Assembly (NCBI GenBank): GCA_002633005.1
Contig: NMRA01000184.1
Span: 691,407-755,406 of the forward strand
Source of the DNA: Phoronis australis
Taxonomy: Eukaryota; Animalia; Phoronida
Reading direction: 5' to 3'
DNA: 64,000 bases
Position numbers and translations under genes: made by a program. The notes under the pieces were generated by a model. That model searched no databases and was not told the DNA's origin. It was given only the letters and a program-made list of their open reading frames with translations. Of the stretch, positions 52,706 to 62,119 are shown piece by piece. Within the stretch, counting starts at the first letter, position 1. Every line of letters begins with the position of its first letter.

Positions 52706-53759
52706 AACTCATAAAACTGGTCTCAACGTGTCCTTTAGCGAGATTAGAATTGATGCTTTTTGACTTGTTAAGAAGTGGCAGGTCGTTTGAGACCAGGATC
52801 AAGAAGTTGATTTTACCCGGCACGGCCGGCCTCTTTTTGAACCAACCGTGGTCACAAGCAAGTACGAACTGTCAGTTCTTTCCAACCGGTCCCGAACCTT
52901 TAGGAGTAAATTCAGCGATTGCCACAGGCAATATATATTTCTAAAAGACAGGAAAACATTCGCAATCGGGGGAGGCTCCTTCAAGAGGGGGGCTCTAACA
53001 AGAACGGATGCATAGTCAATCATAAGTGACCAACCTCGTCAGGTGCCCCCCTAAACATAATGATACCGTAATGAGAACAGGTGGAGAGCAGGGATTGATT
53101 TCATCCGAGTTTGGCACTCGAATGAACGAGTCTTAGTTTTATGAGTTCGACTTCCATCTTTGTGCTGTTCCCTGATTCCAAAACATTACTTTTCAATTTT
53201 ATGCATTCATCAAACATTGGTTGGGCTCATCTCAAGGCATAGGCGGATCCATAGGATGGGTCCAGGGGCCCGGGCCCCTTTTTAACCAAAGTGGCAAACG
53301 AAAACCACGCGAAAATGGATGGTTTCTATTTTTTTCATTACTATATACCGCTGAGAGGAATAATCACGACACAAAATTTTGTTCGTGATATATAACTCTC
53401 TTCAAAACCTATCGTTTTATTTGAAGCTTTTCGTTAAATCGTTGGTCGAATCTGCTGTGGCAATGAAACTGACACTAAGAACAACCTTTATTGAACGTTC
53501 ATTGTAATTTTGCCATCCAATGAAAAAAATCGTATGGAAGAACCTCTGACGTTGGGAAAGGTAACCCATAGTTATGAAAAACAAATAAGCGAAGTGGCTC
53601 TGAAGATTTTACCGTTGAATTTTTAACATGTTTTTGGACTGCCGTTGGAATGTTGCATGCTCTTCGAATACAGGATTTAATAGTTGAAAATTGTCTTTCA
53701 TCCAAAAGGAGGGAGTCATTGCATGCATGCCAAAAGGGGGCGACAAAAGTAAATATTAT

Positions 53760-54900
53760 CTTAAGAATTGGCGTCCTATAGTATGCCCAATGTCATTTAT
53801 AAGTTAGCTTCAGCAGGAGTTACTGGACACATTAAAATGTTTTTTGGTAATTTGATCCACGAAGATCAATCGGCCTTTATCTCGGGAAGGAATATGAGTC
53901 AAAACATTCGTGCACTTTACAACCTTTTTATTACAGTGAGAAGCTGGCAAACTAATTGATTTCGAGAAAGCGTTTGATTCTTTAGCATGGGACTTTATAG
54001 ACAAAACGCTTTCCTTTTTTAATTTTGGTTGTTCCATTAAACGTCATGTCAGAGTGTTTTACAAAAACATAAAGTCTTGTGTTGTAGTTAATGGACAACC
54101 GTGACGCTGGTTTAATGACCGACGTGGAGTTAGACAAGGTGACCTTTTATCCCCCAATCTATTTATTATCTGTGCGGAAATAATGGGTCTCATGATCAGA
54201 CATGATAGTGATGTTAAGGGTATTAGAGAGGGTAACAAGGAATTCTGTATTTCTCAATATGCGGATGATACGTTCATTACATTAGATGGATCTGGAGTTT
54301 CGTTGATGTCTAACTTGAATGTTTTGAAAACATTTGCCTATTCCTCTGGCTTTCGCATCAATATTGAAAAGACAAAAGCTGTTTGGTTTGGTAGTAATGA
54401 TATGAGTCAAGAAAATTACAACAAAAGAAAGCCCGCCGTGGACAAACAATAATCTTACTTTCCTTGGAGTTGATTTTCAAGTCGACCTAACAGACATGGC
54501 TGATCAAAATTATTTGCCGACGTTAAAAGAGAAACAACTCCTATTGACGAAACCTGACGCCTTTTGGAAGGATTACTGTCAAATCTCTGGCTGTGTCGAA
54601 AATTATTCACCTTTTGATAGCCCTGCTAAGTCCATCCCAATAAGTATTTTTTAAAATTTATTTGGCAAGGACGTAACGATAAAATTAAACGCACCGTGCT
54701 GTTCTTGACTATAACAATATCAAAATTACCAATATTTTTAACTTTTGTAAGGCTATTAAGTTCACTTTGGCACCTAAATATATAGGCTATGTTTCAAAAT
54801 CATCTGAACTGTTATATTCGTTATATCGAAAGGTTCAAGGTTTTGCTAAAGTTGGTGATAATTTTTTAATCGTAAACTACCACATACTTATAAACAATAC
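53760..54900 (+). mobile_element. L1/Tx1 LINE RT fragment (degenerate)
   Basis: LIHEDQSAFISGRNMSQNIR, DFEKAFDSLAWDFI, GVRQGDLLSP, ISQYADDT, INIEKTKAVW, LTPFGRIT. Confidence 0.85.
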
Positions 54901-55030
54901 TGTAAGGATTTTTTTATTTTTGGATTGAACATAAAGACTTCTTAAGTTATATTATTTACTTTTTTCATGCTCATTATGCCATATATCCGATGTCAGTTGT
55001 CATATAGTGTTTGATTTTACTTTATTTCTG

Positions 55031-55074
55031 TTACTGCTGAAGAAGGATGTTATTATATCCGAAAATTTCAGTGA
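55031..55074 (+). ncRNA. Candidate minimal type I hammerhead ribozyme (Penelope-like)
   Basis: TTACTG-CTGAAGA-A-GGAT(gttattat)ATCC-GAAA-ATTT-CAGTGA: conserved core, stem II and stem I pairing. Confidence 0.45.
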
Positions 55075-55171
55075 TCCATTTTTGTTGTTTTATTTACGTA
55101 TATTTATGATAAGCTATTGTAATTGCTACAAACTGTTTTCTGATCTGAGCGGGTTATCTTAACCCGATATT

Positions 55172-56013
55172 GAAAGCGAAAGTGAAGTTCAATGTTTCGC
55201 TGTGACGCAATCAGTTTATCTAAAAATAGAACATCACCTATGCGTTAAATATCAATATATGACCATGACTTCATAGATGAAACGGTCGACGGTTGACAGT
55301 GGGATTACTAACAGCTTAATCAGGCATGACAGCGGTAATCAATTTTCGGGGACATTCTCGAACTATTGCACTAAGAAACTTTTGTGCCAAATCTATCATC
55401 GGATTTCAGATATACGCAAATATATATATATATATACATTTTTTAATTGGAGTGGTTGTGGAGTCTAATTAGTGATCCTGGCTGAATCAATGAATCAAGA
55501 ATTGTCTTGTTCCCTCACTGTGCGTCCGTGGCAACAAGGTAGGAAAGACCGGCGACTAAACATCCAATGACTAACATTACGTGGCGTCTGGAAAATCCAT
55601 CTTTCTATTTTTACTTGCTCTGTGACCGTCCTTGCAATGTTCAGAGGACATGTCCTCAGGTTGATATGAACTGTGATTCAGTCTTGCGTTTGCGCAATTA
55701 CAGCCCTGTTTTGTGACTTTTGATTTGATACACAATCTAAAGGCCGTGAACTATGTGCTGCAAATCAGCCGGGCAGCTTTGGGGGTGTTATCAGTTGGTT
55801 GAGTAGGAGGGGGTTTTCCTGGAAGAAGACTTATCAAACATTACTTAGTGGGTTGTACAAAGGTAAACTCTAACACTCATTTGCACACTTAAACAGGTTA
55901 CGGATGTTTATCACTTGTGTTCGAGGCCTCCCATCATCTCAGTAGCAAGTGACTGAATAGGCGGGGAGTGAAACGGTTTCAATTGAAGCATAGGATCGGT
56001 GATTCAGGTATAT
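55172..56013 (+). promoter_or_regulatory. Candidate promoter region of paralog 3
   Basis: GAAAGCGAAAGTGAA at 55172; kB-like GGGGTTTTCC at 55810; AGTGAAACGGTTTCA ~55967 and GGTGATTCAG|GT ~56000 echo the paralog-2 upstream motifs. Confidence 0.4.
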
Positions 56014-57676
56014 CTACAGGCGAACGACGCTACAGTTGAGAGAAGAGCTTGGGTGACGTTACTTTCTGAAAATCATTTCTCTTCATTTTACTGTTGACAA
56101 TGACCAACGCTTCGTTTCATCAGAAGCAGCTCTTTGTCCTAGTGTAACACTAGCAGGCTACTAAGACCAAAAATAGCATAACTGGTTCTGGTCGGTGCCC
56201 GGCCGCAATCACAACAGTTTGAAATCAGCGCTTGGTCTCAAACCAGGCACCAAGTGAAGGATTCTGACCCATTTCTGTTGCCATCAAATGACTTTTTTTT
56301 AAAAATACCCATTGTTCCCTTTATTTAAAAAACGCACATACCAGAATCAAATATGCCATTGACTTTTTGTGACCTGGTGAAAACGCTCTTGTAGTACGCA
56401 TTTGGGGATGCTAAAATTAATGTGATAGACTTGAACGTCTGTTCATATAAAAACATGTTCTTAATGCCATTCTCTAAATAAGTTTGTTAGTTCGAGTGTA
56501 AGTGTTGGAGCCAGTAAATTTCCGTTAGATATCTGTGTAAGCGGTAACACCATATCAATAATTTGTTCTTTTACGTGTAGCCGGACTATACATTGGCACA
56601 ACGTTTCGGTGGTTCATTCTCGTGATAACCTTAGTGTTCTGCAGTATTTTTTGAACAACGAGCATGGGTGGCGGGTAAACTCATGCACGGTGAAACTAGT
56701 GACACCTTTTGGCTGAATCGCTATCACTTATTAATCATCCATTAGCTTCGAATACAATCCATGTGCCGCCATGAATGCATATACCAACTACAGGTGCTCG
56801 TACGTCAAAGAACGTCGGAAACACCTGAAGTTGACCTGGAACATAAACGAACGACTCACGTCGACCGTTCCAACTTAAATAGGTTAAAGGTTTAATGTAA
56901 ATTACACAATGTTTTCTCAGTCAAGTAAGTTAGTTTATTTAAATAGCACCACTTTTTAAAATTTCTTACAAAAACGCATTTCTGTGACTGTGTGATCAAA
57001 CTCCAGTCCCGCGGCGACGAGATTCCTTTAGTTACCCGCCGAAATCACCGGGGCTAGAGCTAGTTCAAGGTGTTCGGCGCGTATGTGAGGCAGGGGATTT
57101 GTACCGCGGGTTTGATGTTTGTTGATCCGGGACTGAAGTTTTGAGGATCACAGTTCGGTAATTTAGAGGCGCATAGATAAAATCGTTTCCACTTCATCCG
57201 ATTGTTCGATTAAAATTGCATTCCGAGTAATCGATCGAGAAATCTGTAGAACCTATCGTGCAGCATCGTACAGTGTATGCGGTTTGGTTGTTCGTATTTT
57301 ATTTTTTAAACTGCGCATTGGAACTGATAATACTGAATTTGAGATTTTTTATAGTTTCAATATTTTATATTGCCGTAACCACCTTTGACATTTCATTCAT
57401 ATTTTGCAAAAAAGTGGAGGTTCCGAACTGATTTTTAAAATTGCATTGTCATTTTGATCCCATATATGAACATTTTACCCTACACCCCGGCCATGCACAG
57501 CACACTTGATTGTGATGCATCCCAAAGACCCTGGATAGCACAAACTTAAAGCGATTTTGATTTAGATTACTTACCGGTATGAAATGTGTTCAAATTGTTC
57601 TTTAATCAAAATAGGTGGTATTCCTGGGCTTGGAAAGATTTGAAAGTTTGTTTTTGCTTTAAACTATTCTCCAACT

Positions 57677-57941
57677 CTTGACTTGTCCCGGTGGGTCTAT
57701 TTATTCAAGGCTCTACTTGTTGATTGTTACGGTGTGTCCATTTATTCAGACTCTGCAACTTGATTTGTCATAGTGTGTCATATTCAGGCTGTACCACTTG
57801 ACTGGTTACGGTGTGTCCATTTATTCAGACTCTGTGAGTTGATTTGTCATAGTGTGTCATTATATTCAGGCTGTACCACTTGACTGGTTACGGTGTGTCC
57901 ATTTATTCAGACTCTAGAAGCTGGTTTGTCACGGTGTATCC
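57677..57941. repeat. ~40-bp minisatellite (6-7 units, dimeric pattern)
   Basis: Repeated cttga..gtta/tcac/tggtgtgtccatttattcagactct units. Confidence 0.8.
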
Positions 57942-58479
57942 ACTTGCAAACTGAAAGTTTTTGCAAGACAAAAACACCTTTAATCAGAATAAGAAACAAA
58001 TTGGGATCGATTTAGTAGCGGCATGTGGCCTAAAACAAAAGTTAGTGACATCGACATACGGCGCAAAGAGAATTTCATCACTGTATGAAATATTACGAGA
58101 CTGATTTTGAGAGACTAAAATGCGTAATTCTACTTTAGATTTTCATCCAACTAAACATGGCGAAATGTAGTTTTAAGCCTTATTTTGAAGAATCAAAGTG
58201 AAATTATAACTGCATATTGTGTATTAGTCAAATCTCAGAAACAATAAACAAAAAGAACAAACTGTAATACCTTTATACGATATGCTTATATCTCATGACT
58301 TGAACAAGACCACAGGGTTCAGTTAGACGAGAAAAGTGCACGATTGGTGCGCAACAGAGAGGCACAATTGGAAGTGCGGGTCTGGAAAAAGTGAAAAGTC
58401 TGTGGAAAGCCAAACGTTTGTGAGAAAATATTTACTTCCAAATTACTCTTTTCTGCTTACAGGCGAACCAAAGAAAAAG

Positions 58480-60402
58480 ATGCCAAAACGCGGTGAGAGA
58501 CAACCATTCTTAGGAAAGAAGAATGTTGTGGAGAAAGGTTTTTTTACTGCTTGGTTTGCAAGAAACATCGATCACAAAGTTCTTGAAAATCTGAAAGTGC
58601 GATATGAATCAGAATACCGACTTGAGCCGTACAGCCGGCGGCATGCCGTCATGAACATCTTAGGGTTTATTTATCACAGATGTCACGGTGACAAGCCAGC
58701 ACCGCAGCAGATGTTCAAAAAGGTGCTCGATGAAGACCCAACGAATGTGAACGCTTTGTTGAGTCTGATGTACGTTTATGACTTTGCAGGTCAAAAGAGC
58801 GAATCGCTCAAATATCATCGACAGTATGACAGGCAACTGCAAAGCGATGTGAAGCACCAAAAAGTCATGTACGCCAGGCACTTGTATGAAATTTCAGTCT
58901 TCATGCTTTCAAGAGAAGAAACCTTTTTAAACAAGAATCACAAAGTAATAACAGAAAACCTTGAACACGCCATTGCCTTGGGAAATGAAACATCGTTAAA
59001 CAAGGATGAAGTAGTAATTTGGAAGTTTGCTCTAGGTTCAACCTTCATGCGAATAGACTCGGTTTTGGCAGAGCGTGAAAATCCAGAAAGCAAAGCAATG
59101 AAGTCGGCTCTAAAAAACTTTTACGATGTGGCAATTCACAAAGTGGATTCCAATCAGTTACCTGGGACGTTTCGTGAAAACACATTGCAGGAACCTGTAT
59201 TAGACACGAAAGGTAAGGCTTGGGCTTACATGGGAGCTGTGTTGTGGAGAAGATATCCAAAAAAACGCCTCACCCTATCGACTCTAATCGAACGCGTGAC
59301 ATTAAAACCTGATCACGAAGCGTTTGATGCTTTCAAATGTTTCGAAACGGCCCGATACATTGCACCACACACTCCAACAGTGTTGCGGAGAATAGGACAA
59401 GCGTATACGGGTAATGAAGATTTTAATGGTATGGCGTACGATTTTCTAGTACAAGCAATAGAGGCGGAACCAATTGGATACGCTTATAGCTTACTAGGTC
59501 AATGGTTTCTTAAGCAGTATGAGAGCGAGAAAAAGCAAGATTCGCTGACACTGGCCATTGAGAACTTTCAAAAAGCTGTCGCAGGTCACTGTGACATGTT
59601 TGTTCTGTTTAAATGCCTCGCAAGGGCTTACGAATATAACAAGGAAGAAGACAAGGCTCTCAACGTATTCGCCTCGTGCGAGAGTACACATGAAGGCCCA
59701 CGCACCGTCGAACTTTACACACTGTGGGCAAATTTGCTTAAAAAAACTGGTCACCAAAAGTCGGCTGAAGAGAAACGCAAGCTCGCCGAGGACACAAAGA
59801 TGGGAAGAAATCCAAAACAGATGCGTGACTTCGGCGTTCTCTACAACAAAAGTGATGTAAAATCTGTAATCAAATTCGTCGAGAATGCCGAATCCAGATT
59901 CAGCGCGAGTGGGTACTTTTTGGACAGGGACCTGAACGCGGGAGATCATGTCGTAGATGGATTAGCCCAAATGCAGACGAAGTGCAGATACATAATTGTG
60001 TTCGTAACTGAAAATTTTAACAAAAGTAAAGGTGACCAGAAAGACCTCAACCAAATTATTGCGGCTCGAAGATCTGAAACAAAGAATACAATCATACCTT
60101 TACTAACAAAGAAGGGTAAACTGCCCCAACCCCTGGCTCATGTACTTCCCCTTGAGTATGATAAAGGTAACTCTTTCTGGAAGAAACTGGGACAGGTTCT
60201 GGAAAAAGGTCCCTCTCAAAGATTTAAAATATTTCGAAGAATTTTGAAAGAGAAAAGGAGAGCACACCGTTCATTGTTATTTTTTTTGTTAAACTTAGTT
60301 ATGACCGTTGTCGTATTCATAATTGGGTCGTATTTTTTTTGCAAGTGTGAAGATAGCAATCAGGGTAGCAGCGCTGGTTGCAATAAATGTGAGTGCAATT
60401 AA
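58480..60402 (+). CDS. TTC22/IFIT-like TPR - TIR - C-terminal TM protein, paralog 3
   Basis: Acceptor ttttctgcttacag 17 nt before ATG (MPKRG); closest to paralog 2; TIR RDFGVLY/RDLNAG/CRYIIVFVTENF; TM LLFFLLNLVMTVVVFIIGSYFF plus Cys-rich tail. Confidence 0.9.
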   Translation: MPKRGERQPFLGKKNVVEKGFFTAWFARNIDHKVLENLKVRYESEYRLEPYSRRHAVMNILGFIYHRCHGDKPAPQQMFKKVLDEDPTNVNALLSLMYVYDFAGQKSESLKYHRQYDRQLQSDVKHQKVMYARHLYEISVFMLSREETFLNKNHKVITENLEHAIALGNETSLNKDEVVIWKFALGSTFMRIDSVLAERENPESKAMKSALKNFYDVAIHKVDSNQLPGTFRENTLQEPVLDTKGKAWAYMGAVLWRRYPKKRLTLSTLIERVTLKPDHEAFDAFKCFETARYIAPHTPTVLRRIGQAYTGNEDFNGMAYDFLVQAIEAEPIGYAYSLLGQWFLKQYESEKKQDSLTLAIENFQKAVAGHCDMFVLFKCLARAYEYNKEEDKALNVFASCESTHEGPRTVELYTLWANLLKKTGHQKSAEEKRKLAEDTKMGRNPKQMRDFGVLYNKSDVKSVIKFVENAESRFSASGYFLDRDLNAGDHVVDGLAQMQTKCRYIIVFVTENFNKSKGDQKDLNQIIAARRSETKNTIIPLLTKKGKLPQPLAHVLPLEYDKGNSFWKKLGQVLEKGPSQRFKIFRRILKEKRRAHRSLLFFLLNLVMTVVVFIIGSYFFCKCEDSNQGSSAGCNKCECN

Positions 60403-61110
60403 TGGGGAAACACTCCATTATTTTGACGCGGTTGTGTTCTACTGGAGCGCGTAAATTCAAATCAAATCCTTTGAATTGTGTGTATTCTAATTAGGAAAAT
60501 TAAGCTAGAAAAGAAACTATGTGTAAATTATAGACCCAGCTTCAAACAGACTCGTATTCATAATATTCACTCTAAAGGGAACATCAGATCAATCTGTTTG
60601 GATTTAGCTTCAGATTTGGACGCTGTACCTTACGATTTACAATTAATTAAAGAGACATGGAACGCGAAAGCTCGTAAAAATATATATTTTAAACAATTCC
60701 TGGCGAAAGTACCATCTCGCAACGTCTAGTACAGTGTAATTCACTTTTCCCTGTGAGGAAATATCCCCCAAAATCACAAAATTTACGATTTTTGAAATAA
60801 GCGCGAAGGAAAAACTCTGTGATTACCACAGAGTTTTTAATATGCCCTTAACTAACGATAACTGCGCGCATGCGCTCACAGTTGCTTGAAGTGGCCAGCA
60901 GTTAACAGATCGTTTCTTTTTGAAATTTGAAACTGAAAGAAAATTCTTCGATATCAACAAAGATTGAAAATCTTTACGAACAAACCCTAAAAATACTTGG
61001 TGAGCACGTTGCGAGGCAGAAAACCACTTTCAATATTGAAATTTAGTCCAAGGTCAGAGTAGATGACGTCTAGAGGTTTGTTAAAGCCGACGTACCTCGT
61101 GCTGTGTTCT

Positions 61111-61503
61111 GACCAAAAAGATCTTAATCAAATAATTGCGGTTCGAAGATATGAAACAAAGAATACAATAATACCTTTACTAACGAAGAAGGGTAAACTG
61201 CCCCAACACCTGGCTCATGTACTTCCTCTAGAGTATGATAAAGGTGACTCTTTCTGGAAGAAATTGGGACAGGTTTTGGAAAAAGGTCCCTCGCAAAGAT
61301 TTAAAACAATTCGAAGAATTTTGAACTCGGAAAGGAGAGAATACAGGTCACTAGCAGTTTATATATTTTTCTTAGTTAATGCCGCTGTCCAATTCTTGAT
61401 AATTGGGTGTTTATTTTGTAAGTCTGAAGATAACAGTCAGTGTAGCTGCACTGGTTCCAACAAATGTGAACGCAATTCCTGGGGAAGCACTCCATTATTT
61501 TGA
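61111..61503 (+). pseudogene. 3' fragment of a fourth TPR-TIR-TM paralog (TIR C-half + TM)
   Basis: DQKDLNQII..NTIIPLLTKKGKLP..FWKKLGQVLEKGPSQRF matches 60034 onward; the downstream flank is also duplicated (60033-61110 vs 61111-62783). Confidence 0.85.
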
Positions 61504-61576
61504 CGTGGTTGCTTTCTTCTGGAGCGCGTAAATTAAAATTCAATTATTAATCCTTTGAAATTAAGTTATATATGAA

Positions 61577-62119
61577 ACTGTGTAAATATTGAACCCAGCT
61601 TCAAACAGGTTCATATCCATAATATTCACTCTAAATTTCTGAGAGGGAATGTCAGATCAATCTTTTTGGATTTAGCTTCAGGTTTGGACGCTGTACCCTA
61701 CCGTTTAAGTGTAGACTACAATTAATTTTATCGTAATCTATTTTGCCCGGGGTACGCCACGAGCTATGTTGCAGAGTAAAACAAGAGGAGGATTGTGAAT
61801 ATTGTCATTTATTATGACGTAATAGATAAAACTAACTAAGACTCTGCAAGATGGGCATGCAAAAAACGCCCACCGGCGTGTACAATGAATAGCCCTGCAA
61901 GAGGGAACAAAACAAAAAAACTGCCTGAAGGGCTTAAAGGAAAAGTACAGAACATGAAAACAAAACTNACTGTGTAAATATTGAACCCAGCTTCAAACAG
62001 GTTCATATCCATAATATTCACTCTAAATTTCTGAGAGGGAATGTCAGATCAATCTTTTTGGATTTAGCTTCAGGTTTGGACGCTGTACCCTACCGTTTAA
62101 GTGTAGACTACAATTAATT
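61577..62119 (+). repeat. 151-bp identical direct repeat around N (61577-61727 / 61969-62119)
   Basis: Second copy starts right after the N at 61968; likely a haplotype/assembly join. Confidence 0.8.
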
